From assembly GCA_045132115.1 (NCBI GenBank), contig JBGURT010000028.1, positions 2,293-66,292 on the forward strand: DNA of 64,000 nt. The letters are read 5' to 3'. The position numbers and the translations under genes are program-made. The notes beneath the pieces were generated by a model. It did no database searches, was not told where the DNA came from, and saw only the letters and a list, made by a program, of their open reading frames with translations. Shown here piece by piece: positions 1-9,575 of the stretch; the first letter of the stretch is position 1, and each line of letters opens with the position of its first letter. Source of the DNA: Kiritimatiellia bacterium (GTDB lineage: Bacteria; Verrucomicrobiota; Kiritimatiellia; RFP12; UBA1067).

Positions 1-1002
1 TTGCCGTCGTAGGAGAAAACGAGATCTTCGCACCGGAACATCTCGACGCCGCTCGGCGGCGGCGGCGCGAGCCGCAGCCTGCCGGACTGCGTGTAGCGCT
101 TGGGCAGGACGATCCGCGCTTCGTCGATCTTGTCGATAAGCTTCTGGCGGCTTTGCGCCTGTGCCGCCTTCGTCGCCTGCGCGCGAAACCGGTCCACGAA
201 CCTTTGCAGCTGCTCGCGGTGGTGGTCCTGGTTTTCCTTGGCCGCCTTCAGATGTTCGTAGCGCACTTCGCGCTCGGTGAGATAGTAGTCGAGGTCTCCC
301 TCGTAGCGCGTGGCGGTGCCGGCGTCCACCTCCACGATGATGTTCGTGAGCGTCCGCAAAAGATAGCGGTCGTGCGAAATGAGCATCAGCGTGCCGTCGT
401 ACGCCTTGAGGAATTTCTGCAGCCAATCCACCGCAGGAAGATCCAGATAGTTGCTGGGTTCGTCGAGGAGCAGGAGGTCGGGCTTGGAGGCGAGCACCCG
501 CGAGAGCTCGGCGCGCATGCGCCAGCCGCCGGAGAAAGACTTGAACGGCTTGGCGAATTCGTCCGTCGCGAATCCTAGTCCCCCCAGCGCGACCTTCACG
601 CGCGTCTCGATGTCGTATCCGCCCAAGTGCTCGAAGGCGGTTTGCAGCTCGCCGTAGCGCTTCATCTTCGCGGGGTCTTGAAGGTCGCCTTCAAGTTCGG
701 CCATTTCCGCTTCCATATCGGAAAGGCCCGGGATGCCGCGAAGCGCATACTCGAGCAGCGTTTCGTTTTCGGAATCCGGCTCGGGGTTCTGGCGCGTCCA
801 GCCGATCCGCGGCGAACCTTCGATTATCACCTCGCCCTTGTCGGTTCCAAGCTCCCCGAGGACGATCTTGAAGAGCGTGGACTTGCCCGATCCGTTCGGC
901 CCCACGACGCCCACCCGGTCGCCGGCGTTCACGCGGAAGGTCACGTCCGTGAGCACGTCTTGATGGCCGTAATGGACGCTTATGTTCCTGAAATCAAGCA
1001 TA
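1..1002 (-). CDS. ABC-F family ATP-binding cassette protein (EttA/Uup-like), C-terminally truncated by window edge
   Basis: Reverse-strand translation from ATG at 1002-1000 gives MLDFRNISVHYGHQDVLTDVTFRVNAGDRVGVVGPNGSGKSTLFKIV... (Walker A GPNGSGKST), followed by linker and start of second ABC domain; runs off window start. Confidence 0.8.
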
Positions 1003-1776
1003 TATCCATTCGCTCGCCCTGCATTGGGAAAGCGCCTTGATTTCCGTCTGGCCGGATCCTGCGCGCACCAGCGAGTCCGCCATCGTCTTGAGCGCCAGAT
1101 GCGGCGCGTTGCAATCTTGCGAAAGATGCGCGAGCGAGAGGTGCTTCAGGCGCGGCGAAATGAATTCCGCCGCGAACTCCGCCGCCTGATCGTTGGAGAG
1201 ATGGCCGCGCGGACCTTCGATGCGGCGCACGAGATGGTACGGCCTGCCGCTGGCGCGGAGCAAGGGCAAGTCGTGGTTGCTCTCCAAAGTCGCAAGATCC
1301 GCCATGCCGAAAAACTCCGCCATCTCCTGCGTGGCTTCGCCGGTGTCGGTAACGTGGAAATAAGCGCCGCCCTCGCCGCTGACGAAAAACCCTACGGGGT
1401 CGGAAACATCGTGCGAGACGGGGAACGCCACCACCTCGAGACCGCCTATCGCAAACGGGCTTTCGTTCTCGAAAGCCATGATCGTTTCTTCGCGGATATC
1501 CTCGTACATTTCGCACACGGCGTTTGCGGTGGCGAGATTCATGTATACCGGGACCTCCGGGGCAAGGCGCTGGAACGCGGCGAGCCCGCCGACGTGGTCG
1601 CTGTGCTCGTGGGTCACGAGCATCGCGGTAATTTCGCCTGGCGCGACATTCGCCGCCGCAAGCCGCGCACTCAAGGTCCGGGGTCCTATTCCGCAATCGA
1701 TCAGAACGAGATCGCCGCCCTCGCCGACAAGATACGCATTTCCCTTGCTGCCGCTGGCTAGCGAACAAAGCCTCAT
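994..1776 (-). CDS. MBL-fold metallo-hydrolase (YycJ/WalJ-like)
   Basis: ORF track 994..1953; likely true start MRLCSLASGSKGNAY (ATG 1776-1774, ATGA overlap with purD stop); HEHSDH zinc-binding motif (THEHSDHVGG). Confidence 0.8.
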   Translation of the reverse strand: MRLCSLASGSKGNAYLVGEGGDLVLIDCGIGPRTLSARLAAANVAPGEITAMLVTHEHSDHVGGLAAFQRLAPEVPVYMNLATANAVCEMYEDIREETIMAFENESPFAIGGLEVVAFPVSHDVSDPVGFFVSGEGGAYFHVTDTGEATQEMAEFFGMADLATLESNHDLPLLRASGRPYHLVRRIEGPRGHLSNDQAAEFAAEFISPRLKHLSLAHLSQDCNAPHLALKTMADSLVRAGSGQTEIKALSQCRASEWIYA

Positions 1777-3074
1777 CTGGCGAAAGCACGGTGCGCAATA
1801 TCCTTGCGGTAGAACGCACCCTCGAAACCGATCTGCGCGACGCGCGCATAAGCCTTGTCCACCGCTTCGCGCAAAGTGCCGCCAAGCGCCGTGACCGAAA
1901 GCACCCGTCCGCCGCTCGTCAGGATCTTGCCGCCGTCTTCCTTCGTGCCGCAATGGAAGACTATCGCTCCGCCACCGTCTTGTTCAAGGCCGGAAATTTC
2001 CTTGCCCTTGGCGTAGCTCCCGGGATAGCCGCCGGACGCGATGATTACGGTCGCGGCGGCCTCGGGGTTGACGACGATGTCGCCATCCTTGAGGCAACCT
2101 TGCGCCGCATGCATGAGCGCCAACGCGAAATCGCCGCCGAGGCGCGGCAGCACGGCCTCGGTCTCGGGGTCGCCAAAACGCGCATTGAACTCGACGACAT
2201 TTATCCTGCTGCCGGACTTCGCGAGCTTGCCGCCCTCGGGCGTGACCATGAGCCCGGCATAGAGAATCCCCTTGTAGACAATGCCGCGCCTCTTGAGCTC
2301 GCGCACCACGGGGAGGATGATCTTCTCCTTGATGAAAGGAAGCGTCTCCGCCGTCACGACCGGCGCGGGCGAATACGCCCCCATGCCGCCGGTGTTCGGC
2401 CCCTTGTCGCCGTCGAAGACGCGCTTGTGATCCTGCGAAGAAGGCAGGAGCACGGCGTTTTCACCATCGACCATGGCGAGAATCGAACACTCTTCGCCAT
2501 CGAGAAATTCTTCGATCAAAACTTCCGCGCCGGCCGCGCCGAACTTGTTCGCGACGAGCATATCGTCGATCGCCGCCTCGGCCTGGGCGAGAGTTTCGGC
2601 GACAATCACGCCCTTGCCGGCCGCGAGGCCGTCCGCCTTGATGACGACGGGAAGGCCGTATGCCGCGAGCGCCGCCTTGGCCTTCGCAGGATCGGTGAAG
2701 ACTTCCGCCTTGCCGGTGGGCACGCCGGATGCGTCCATCACTTCCTTCGCGAAACGCTTGGAGCCTTCCATCCGCGCGCCGGCCGCGACCGGACCGAACG
2801 CGAGAATCCCCGCCGCCTCGAGCCGGTCGACAAGTCCCTTCACCAGCGGGGCCTCGGGACCTACGACCACGAGGTCCGGCCTGTTCGCCGTCGCCCAGGC
2901 GACAATCCCCTCGAGATCTTCCGCGCCGATCGCGAGATTCGTCGCCACCGCCGCCGTGCCGGCATTGCCGGGCACGCAATAAATCTCGCGCGCGCCTTCA
3001 TCCTTCGAAAGCCGCCACGCGATCGCATGCTCTCTGCCGCCGGACCCTACAACCAGAATCTTCATGACTCTCAC
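1773..3074 (-). CDS. purD: phosphoribosylamine--glycine ligase
   Basis: 433 aa, MKILVVGSGGREHAIAW..., full-length PurD ATP-grasp signature. Confidence 0.93.
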   Translation of the reverse strand: MRVMKILVVGSGGREHAIAWRLSKDEGAREIYCVPGNAGTAAVATNLAIGAEDLEGIVAWATANRPDLVVVGPEAPLVKGLVDRLEAAGILAFGPVAAGARMEGSKRFAKEVMDASGVPTGKAEVFTDPAKAKAALAAYGLPVVIKADGLAAGKGVIVAETLAQAEAAIDDMLVANKFGAAGAEVLIEEFLDGEECSILAMVDGENAVLLPSSQDHKRVFDGDKGPNTGGMGAYSPAPVVTAETLPFIKEKIILPVVRELKRRGIVYKGILYAGLMVTPEGGKLAKSGSRINVVEFNARFGDPETEAVLPRLGGDFALALMHAAQGCLKDGDIVVNPEAAATVIIASGGYPGSYAKGKEISGLEQDGGGAIVFHCGTKEDGGKILTSGGRVLSVTALGGTLREAVDKAYARVAQIGFEGAFYRKDIAHRAFAR

Positions 3075-3613
3075 TCCTTGGGAACTTTGATTTTCTGCCC
3101 CAGCTTCAGGGCGTTGGGATTGAGCCCCGGATTCATCGCCTTGATCTTCGCGACCGTCGTGTTGTAGGCGCGCGCGATGAGATAGAGGTTGTCGCCCTTC
3201 TCCACTTCGTATTCGATGTACGGCCCCTCCACGACGGTTTGCGTCTGCGGTTTTGATTTGGGCGGCGGCGGGGCCGACTCCTTCATCACCTTCGCCATCT
3301 TACCGGAAAGCTCGCTCACGATCTCCTCGCGCTGCGAGCGTAGCTGACGCTTGAGCTCGTCGACCTTGGCGTTGAGCGAACGGATCTCCGCACGAAGCTG
3401 CTCGGCCTCGCCGCCACCACGCTCGAGCTTCTCCACGCGCCGCTCCAAGGCGTCGTAGTTGCTCTGGAGCATATCGAGCTGGCTCGTGACCCGCTGGAGT
3501 TCGGCCATGGCCTGCTGACGGATAAACGTATCGCGCGCCGCATTCTGGGCGAACGCGAAAACCGGCGCCAGGCACAGCGCGCCCAGCAATATCTTGTTTG
3601 TCTTGTTTTTCAT
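3071..3613 (-). CDS. secreted coiled-coil protein with C-terminal LysM peptidoglycan-binding domain
   Basis: Signal peptide (LLGALCLAPVFAFAQ), coiled coil, C-terminal LysM (YEVEKGDNLYLIARAYNTTVAKIKAMNPGL). Confidence 0.75.
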   Translation of the reverse strand: MKNKTNKILLGALCLAPVFAFAQNAARDTFIRQQAMAELQRVTSQLDMLQSNYDALERRVEKLERGGGEAEQLRAEIRSLNAKVDELKRQLRSQREEIVSELSGKMAKVMKESAPPPPKSKPQTQTVVEGPYIEYEVEKGDNLYLIARAYNTTVAKIKAMNPGLNPNALKLGQKIKVPKE

Positions 3614-3837
3614 ACGAACATCAATATAAGGTAGATTATAGTTAGCGCGCCCGTCCAGACGAGAAAGCGGTTTTGACGCCGCTCGCGCTTGTCCTGCTCA
3701 AGCGTCCGCCCGAACGCCATCATGCCGCCGCCGGCGATGTAGCGCACCAGACGGTTCTCGATGAGAACCATCTTCCACGGCAGTTTGTCCGACGTGTAGG
3801 CGTGTCCTGGCTTGATGAAAAAGTCGTGTGTCATCTC
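3610..3837 (-). CDS. small hypothetical membrane-anchored protein
   Basis: ORF 3610..3921 trimmed to MTHDFFIKPGH... start to avoid overlap with upstream gene; C-terminal TM helix LVWTGALTIIYLILMFV. Confidence 0.4.
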   Translation of the reverse strand, partial: EMTHDFFIKPGHAYTSDKLPWKMVLIENRLVRYIAGGGMMAFGRTLEQDKRERRQNRFLVWTGALTIIYLILMFV

Positions 3838-4754
3838 GGCGGCAGTTTGATGACCTGCCCGGCGCGGATGCGTCCGTCGGTCGAGATCTTGTCCTTGTTG
3901 GCTTCGCGAATCTGCTTCCACGCGCTCACCGTGCCGTAGAAATCCTTCGCGATCTTGTAGAGCGTATCGCCTTCCTGCACGGTGTAGGTTTCCGGGAGCG
4001 GTTCAAGAGGTTCGGGCTTCGGCTCCTTCTCTTTCTTCTCCTTTTCCTTTGCCTCGATCTGAATCGGCGGCGTCATCGACTCCTCGGGCTCTTCGCTCAA
4101 CAAGAGCGCCACATCCTTGGAGAACCTGATGCGGTCCTCTTCATCCTCTTCTTCGTCCAGTAGTTTCTTGACGTCCGCTACATCCACCGGCCGCTCCGTG
4201 CTCTCGCCTTCACCGATCGACCCCACGAGACGCCGCACGCGCTCGGCCTCGAGCTGGAGCGCGGCGATGTTCCGGTCTCGGGTAGCCACCTCGGCTTCCA
4301 GCCGCGCCTTTTCGCGCTCGAGCTCCACGATGCGCGCTTGCTGACGCTGCAAGTCTGCGACCATGCCGGCATTCTCGCTGTTGCGGATATCGCGCTCCAT
4401 CTTCGTCTTGAACTGCTCCTCGCAAAGCTTGGCGCGCTCGATCGCGATGGCGCTTTTGTCGCTCTTGGGGGCGATCTCCGCGTAAATGCGGTAGTTGGCG
4501 ATCGCCTCCAGATACTTGTGCTGATGATCGTGCTGAAGGCTCGCGAGCTGGAAGCGCGCCGTGGCGTTCATCGGAGAGTTCGCGATCACCTTCTCGAAAC
4601 CTTCCGCCGCCGCATCGAGCCGCCCTGCCTGGTAATCGGCCATCGCGCTGCGAAACGCCGCATTGTCGCGATCGCTCACCGTCGCCTGGCGCCGGTCGAC
4701 ATCGCATCCGGCCAAAGCCACAACTGCCGCCGCCGCAAAAAACGCAAGTCTCAT
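3831..4754 (-). CDS. lipoprotein with coiled-coil region and C-terminal LysM domain
   Basis: Likely start MRLAFFAAAAVVALAGC (lipobox LAGC); coiled coil; acidic linker; C-terminal LysM (YTVQEGDTLYKIAKDFYGTVSAWKQIREANK). Confidence 0.7.
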   Translation of the reverse strand: MRLAFFAAAAVVALAGCDVDRRQATVSDRDNAAFRSAMADYQAGRLDAAAEGFEKVIANSPMNATARFQLASLQHDHQHKYLEAIANYRIYAEIAPKSDKSAIAIERAKLCEEQFKTKMERDIRNSENAGMVADLQRQQARIVELEREKARLEAEVATRDRNIAALQLEAERVRRLVGSIGEGESTERPVDVADVKKLLDEEEDEEDRIRFSKDVALLLSEEPEESMTPPIQIEAKEKEKKEKEPKPEPLEPLPETYTVQEGDTLYKIAKDFYGTVSAWKQIREANKDKISTDGRIRAGQVIKLPPR

Positions 4755-4755
4755 T

Positions 4756-5619
4756 TTATTCCTCCTCGTCTTCTTCGTCAAATTCATCTTCTTCCTCTTC
4801 TTCATCTTCGTCGTCGAACTCGTCCGGCGTATCGTCGATGAAGAAATCGTCTGTCTCGGGGCTCGTACCTTCTTCTCCGTTCCCCGTCTCGACCTCCGTA
4901 GCCTTGGCGTAGGAGGTTTCCCCGTTCCCTGTCTCTTCCTCCTCCTTCGTCGCTTCTTCGGCGGCGATTTCCAGTTCCGTCTTGCCGGGGCGCTTGTACG
5001 ACGCCGCCTTGAGCCGCGGATTCGAACGCTGCAGCGTGGGGTCGAGCTCGTTCAACTCCTGAAGGTTCGCAAGCCCGAAGTGCTCCAGGAAGAACGGCGT
5101 CGTGCCGTACAAAAACGGATGGCCTGGAAGTTCGCTCTTGCCCACGAGACGGATTATCTCCATCTCCATCAAGGTCTTGATGTTCGCGGTAACGTCCACG
5201 CCGCGGATTTGCTCGATCTCGCTTTTGGTGATCGGCTGACGGTAGGCGATGATTGCCAAGGTCTCCAGCGAAGCGCGGCCCAAGCGGCTCGGGCGGTCCA
5301 TCTTGAGCATGGCTCTCACGTATCTGCCGCAGCTCGGGACCGACTGGATGCGATACGCGCCGGCGGTGCACACGAGCGAAAAGCCGCACTTCGCGACTTC
5401 AAGCGCCTTGCCAACGCCTTTGATCGCCGCGTCCACTTCGCGCGACGTGCAACTTTTGTAGACGCCGAAAACCTCCGCATTGTCGCCGTCTTCCATCTCC
5501 AGCGACCTGATCGACTCGCGGATCTCGCCCGCCGTCAACGGCGTCTCGCTCGCAAACAACAGCGCGCCAACTATCTCCTGCAACGATCCCGGCAAGGGAA
5601 TTTTCGTTTCGTCACTCAT
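4756..5619 (-). CDS. scpB: segregation and condensation protein B with long polyacidic C-terminal tail
   Basis: 287 aa; ScpB winged-helix core (LEVAKCGFSLVCTAGAYRIQ, GRASLETLAIIAYRQPITKSEIEQIRG); tail DEFDDEDEEEEEDEFDEEDEEE. Confidence 0.85.
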   Translation of the reverse strand: MSDETKIPLPGSLQEIVGALLFASETPLTAGEIRESIRSLEMEDGDNAEVFGVYKSCTSREVDAAIKGVGKALEVAKCGFSLVCTAGAYRIQSVPSCGRYVRAMLKMDRPSRLGRASLETLAIIAYRQPITKSEIEQIRGVDVTANIKTLMEMEIIRLVGKSELPGHPFLYGTTPFFLEHFGLANLQELNELDPTLQRSNPRLKAASYKRPGKTELEIAAEEATKEEEETGNGETSYAKATEVETGNGEEGTSPETDDFFIDDTPDEFDDEDEEEEEDEFDEEDEEE

Positions 5620-6412
5620 AATCGTCAGGTTTCTCCAAAGGTTTGTCCTCGTCTTCCTCGTGCGACGGAAGAATCGTTATTTCGTGGAAGGCGGCGTTTT
5701 GGTAGATGATCACGCGGTGCTGCCTCAACAATTCCAGAAGCGCAAGGAAGGTAACGATGATTTCGCCCTTCGCCGCGTCCGGCGCGAAGAGCGAAGTGAA
5801 CGCCAACTGTCCGGAACTGCGCGCTCGCTCGAGCACGAGATCCATCTTTTCGGGCACGGAATAGCGAATGCCCTTCAATTCCTCCTGCGGCATTTCGTTC
5901 GCCCGTGCGACAACTTCCTGGAACGCCGTCAAAAGATCGTAAAGGTCCAGATTCTTCAAGGCGCCACGCGCGTCCGCCGCCGTTTTCTCGAACTTCGGCC
6001 GGCCGCCGCCGTAGTCGAAGGCATTCTGCCTCAGCGCTTCCATGCGCTCGAGCCGCAGCGCCGCATCCTTGAACTTTTTGTACTCGATAAGCTGCCGCAC
6101 GAGGTCGAGGCGCGGATCCGTCCACTCTTCGTCCTCGCCGCTCTCGGCGCGGCGGCGATCTACCGGCAACAGCATCCGGCTCTTGATCACCATAAGCGTG
6201 GCCGCCATCACCACGAATTCGCCGGCGATGTCGAGATTCAATTCCCGCGCCTCTTTGATGAACTTCATGTACTCGGCCGTCACGAACTCGATCGGGATGT
6301 CGTAGATGTCCAGCTCCTCGCGCCGGATCAGATACAACAGAAGATCCAAAGGACCCTCGAACACATCGAGCGTCACCTTGTAGTCCTCGGTCAAAAGTTC
6401 GTTCTGCGCCAA
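5612..6412 (-). CDS. scpA: segregation and condensation protein A
   Basis: 266 aa, FEGPLDLLLYLIRREELDIYDIPI... ScpA kleisin signature; immediately upstream of scpB. Confidence 0.88.
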   Translation of the reverse strand: MAQNELLTEDYKVTLDVFEGPLDLLLYLIRREELDIYDIPIEFVTAEYMKFIKEARELNLDIAGEFVVMAATLMVIKSRMLLPVDRRRAESGEDEEWTDPRLDLVRQLIEYKKFKDAALRLERMEALRQNAFDYGGGRPKFEKTAADARGALKNLDLYDLLTAFQEVVARANEMPQEELKGIRYSVPEKMDLVLERARSSGQLAFTSLFAPDAAKGEIIVTFLALLELLRQHRVIIYQNAAFHEITILPSHEEDEDKPLEKPDDYE

Positions 6413-6415
6413 GGC

Positions 6416-7936
6416 CTAGTTTTCTCCGTGGAAAAGTCCGGAAGTCGCGAAATAAGGATCGGACGTGAACCGGCACCCGAGACGCCGCAAACCGGCCTGG
6501 TCGCCGGGCGTCACGATGTGGGTCATGTGCACCTCGCAGCCCACAAGCTCGTTCAGTTTCTCCATCGCGATCTGCGCCGCAGGATTGGACGCGGCCGAAA
6601 TCGCAAGGCCGATAAGCGCCTCGTCCAGGTTGAGCGAGGCCGACCCTCCGCGCAGAATATCTTCCTTCATGTGCCGCACCGACTGCACGACGTTGGGCGC
6701 GATCAAGGGGATTTGCGAAGGTATCCCGCTAAGCTGCTTGATGGCGTTCAAAATCATCGCCGAGGCCGCATGGAGAGAGTCGGAATTCTTGCCGGTGACG
6801 ATCGTGCCGTCCTTGAGTTCTATCGCCGCGCCGGAAACGACGCCTCCGGTCTTGCCCTTGCCGGCCTGACGCGCCTCTTCCGCGCATTTGCGCGCCGCCT
6901 GCACCACCGGACGATCTTCCGGCGAGAGATCCATAGACCTCATCAGTTCGTTCGCCCGCTCCACGCTCGCGCGGTCGCATGTTCCTTCCGCGAACTGGCA
7001 CTGGTAACGCAGGAACCGGCGCACGATCTCCTGCTTGGACGCATACCGCACCGTCTCGTCGTCCACAATGCCGAAACCTATGCGGTTCACCCCCATGTCG
7101 GTTGGCGACTTGTACGGACATTCGCCATTGGTCATTTTCTCCCAGATCGCCTTCAAAAGCGGATAAGCATCCACATCGCGGTTGTAGTTGACCGTCTCCA
7201 CGCCATACGCCGCCTTGTGGTAGGGGTCGATGAGGTTTACATCGTTCAGATCGATCGTCGCCGCCTCGTACGCCACGTTCAGCGGATGCTTCAAAGGCAA
7301 GTTCCAAACCGGGAAGCTCTCGAATTTCGAATATCCGGCCATCCTGCCCATGCGATATTCGTGATAGATTTGGGTAAGGCACGTCGCAAACTTGCCCGAT
7401 CCCGGACCTGGCGCCGTCACGACCACGATTGGCTTCGTGGTCTCCACGAATTCGTTCCTGCCGTAGCCCTGCTCGGAAACGATCTTCTCCACGTTCGCAG
7501 GATAGCCCTCCGTCTTGTAGTGGAGATACACCTTCACGCCTTGCGCTTCAAGTTTAGTCCGGAACGCCTTGACGCCCGGCTGGTCCTGATAGCGCGTTAT
7601 GACCACGCCGGCAACCGAAATCCCAAGTCCCGTGAGGTCGTCGATTAGCTTCATAGCATCGGCGTCGTAGCTGATCCCGAAGTCCGCACGCATTTTCTTG
7701 CGCTCGATGTCGCCGGAGAAGATGCAAAGGATGATTTCGGCCTGATCTTTGAGGCTCTGCAAAAGCCTGAGCTTGACGTTTGGATCGTAGCCGGGCAAGC
7801 ACCGCGCGGCATGGAAATCGTTCATCAGCTTGCCGCCGAATTCCAAATACAGCTTGCCGTATTTCGCCGCCCGTTGGCGGATATACTCGCTTTGTTCGGC
7901 GAGGTATTTTTCGTTGTCAAAGCCGATTTTTCTCAT
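6416..7936 (-). CDS. UPF0371/DUF1846 family protein
   Basis: 506 aa; KLYLEFGGK, VTAPGPGSGK, SPTDMGVN motifs match streptococcal UPF0371 proteins over full length. Confidence 0.8.
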   Translation of the reverse strand: MRKIGFDNEKYLAEQSEYIRQRAAKYGKLYLEFGGKLMNDFHAARCLPGYDPNVKLRLLQSLKDQAEIILCIFSGDIERKKMRADFGISYDADAMKLIDDLTGLGISVAGVVITRYQDQPGVKAFRTKLEAQGVKVYLHYKTEGYPANVEKIVSEQGYGRNEFVETTKPIVVVTAPGPGSGKFATCLTQIYHEYRMGRMAGYSKFESFPVWNLPLKHPLNVAYEAATIDLNDVNLIDPYHKAAYGVETVNYNRDVDAYPLLKAIWEKMTNGECPYKSPTDMGVNRIGFGIVDDETVRYASKQEIVRRFLRYQCQFAEGTCDRASVERANELMRSMDLSPEDRPVVQAARKCAEEARQAGKGKTGGVVSGAAIELKDGTIVTGKNSDSLHAASAMILNAIKQLSGIPSQIPLIAPNVVQSVRHMKEDILRGGSASLNLDEALIGLAISAASNPAAQIAMEKLNELVGCEVHMTHIVTPGDQAGLRRLGCRFTSDPYFATSGLFHGEN

Positions 7937-7943
7937 AAAAACC

Positions 7944-8510
7944 TCATTTGCCGTTGATTTCGTCGAGAATAGCCTGGATCTTGGGGATGCAACGCCCGCA
8001 GCCGCCCCCGGCCTTGGTGTAGTTCGTCACCTCTTCGACCGTCGTGAGCGAATTTTCAGTGATTACGCGCCGTACTTCATTCTCGCTCACGTTGTAGCAC
8101 GAGCAAAGTATCGTCTCTTCAAGGTTCTTGTCCTGGTTTTCGCCGGTGCGATAATTCTTTATCGCCGCCTCCATGGCCTCGCGCCCCATGACGCTGCAGT
8201 GCATCTTCTGCGGCGGCAAGCCGCCAAGGTAGTCGGCAATTTCCTGGTTGGTGATTTTCGCCGCCTCGTCAAGCGTCTTGCCGATTACCATCTCGGTCAA
8301 AGCCGAAGAACTCGCGATCGCGCTCGCGCACCCGAATGTCTGGAACTTCGCTTCCGCGATGCGTCCGTCCTCGCCCAGACGGAATTGGAACTTCAAAGCG
8401 TCGCCGCACGCAAGCGACCCGACGGTCGCCTCGCCGTCCGGATTTTCAATCTTGCCCACGTTCCGCGGATTGCGGAAATGATCCATCATTTTCTCGGAAT
8501 AATTCCACAT
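7944..8510 (-). CDS. nifU: NifU-like Fe-S cluster scaffold protein (N-terminal IscU-like + C-terminal BFD-like [2Fe-2S] domain)
   Basis: 188 aa; SLACGDALKFQF, HCSVMGREA, C-terminal CxxC...GGGCGRC. Confidence 0.8.
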   Translation of the reverse strand: MWNYSEKMMDHFRNPRNVGKIENPDGEATVGSLACGDALKFQFRLGEDGRIAEAKFQTFGCASAIASSSALTEMVIGKTLDEAAKITNQEIADYLGGLPPQKMHCSVMGREAMEAAIKNYRTGENQDKNLEETILCSCYNVSENEVRRVITENSLTTVEEVTNYTKAGGGCGRCIPKIQAILDEINGK

Positions 8511-8618
8511 TTCTGTTCTCCAAAATTTATCTTTGTATTATACCAAAAATCGCTGGAAAAAACAACTATGGATTTCATACGCATGAAAGGATGATTTCAT
8601 ACGCATGAGACGGCGATT

Positions 8619-9575
8619 TCATACTAGCTCGGCGAGGATGGAATCGCAAATCTCGGTTCCGCGAGCGGTAAGGCGGTAAACCAGGCCTTCTTTCGTCAAA
8701 AGCCCTTCCCGGACATAAAAATCGAGCGCCTCGCGCCACTGGGGAAAATCTGCCGTATCCAGTCCGAAACGCGTCCTGAGAGATAGCATTTTTTCGCGAG
8801 GATCGCGATCGAGTCCGCTTTCCGCGCCATCGCCAAGCCCCAGATAATCCTCGCCGCGCCAGACGGCTAGATTGTGGCGGCACTCGAAGCCTTCCTTGGC
8901 GTATGACGAAATTTCGTAGCGCTTTAGTCCCAGCCGATCGAGAGATTCTGCGATTTCCCGTATGCGGTCGAGCGTTTCGTCGTCGCCGGGTATGGCGCGG
9001 CTTTGCCGCCCCAGAATACTTTCAGGCTCGAGGATGAGCGAATAGACGCTAACATGCTTGAAGCCCCAATCCTCCATCTCCCATTTGTCGCCCGGGTAGC
9101 CGACGATGAGATCGATTCCAGCGTTGTCGAAATATTCGAGTATCTGGTCGAACGCACGATGGGCCTGCAAAGCCGTATAACCTCGCCCCATGTCTTTGAG
9201 CGTCTCGTCGTTGAAGGATTGTACGCCCATCGAAATGCGGTTGACGCCGCCTGCCTTCAAGGTTTCAAGAAGTTCGCGCCTTACATCCAAGGGATGGAGC
9301 TCGACCGTCCATTCCGGGGCCTCGAGCCGCTCCAAAAGCGGTCTTAAATCGCACAATGCCGGAGTTCCGCCGCCAAAATAAATCGTCTTGAAGGGCCCCG
9401 GCGGCAATTGACGCACGATGCTGTCTACATACCCCGGAGTTGGACGCATAGCCTTGGAAGGCAATGCGCAATACGTGCATTTGCGGCGGCAAAAAGGAAA
9501 ATGGATGTAGAGGTTTTCGACCACTACATCGCGAAAAGAGCGCGAAGCTTCTTGACCTTGTCGGTCTTTTCCCAC
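8619..9575 (-). CDS. hemW: radical SAM heme chaperone HemW / coproporphyrinogen-III oxidase-like
   Basis: [16 protein letters not shown] radical-SAM CxxxCxxC; first ATG at 9575 would overlap metK by ~52 nt; true start may be GTG at 9524. Confidence 0.75.
   Translation of the reverse strand: MGKDRQGQEASRSFRDVVVENLYIHFPFCRRKCTYCALPSKAMRPTPGYVDSIVRQLPPGPFKTIYFGGGTPALCDLRPLLERLEAPEWTVELHPLDVRRELLETLKAGGVNRISMGVQSFNDETLKDMGRGYTALQAHRAFDQILEYFDNAGIDLIVGYPGDKWEMEDWGFKHVSVYSLILEPESILGRQSRAIPGDDETLDRIREIAESLDRLGLKRYEISSYAKEGFECRHNLAVWRGEDYLGLGDGAESGLDRDPREKMLSLRTRFGLDTADFPQWREALDFYVREGLLTKEGLVYRLTARGTEICDSILAELV

Noticed and set aside
2461-3575. Same-strand alternative-frame ORFs inside purD and the LysM gene (2461..2979, 3300..3575, 3316..3543)
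   Set aside because: They overlap confidently assigned genes in other frames. Their Arg/Gly-rich translations are typical of GC-rich off-frame reading.
5480-7648. 722-aa plus-strand ORF, and similar long plus-strand ORFs at 30004..32412, 55975..58161, 26839..28092 and 41422..42444
   Set aside because: These are antisense shadow ORFs of well-supported minus-strand genes (scpA/DUF1846, pckG, the giant protein, rmuC, DUF1796) in GC-rich DNA. The translations are low-complexity R/A/G-rich with no recognisable domains.
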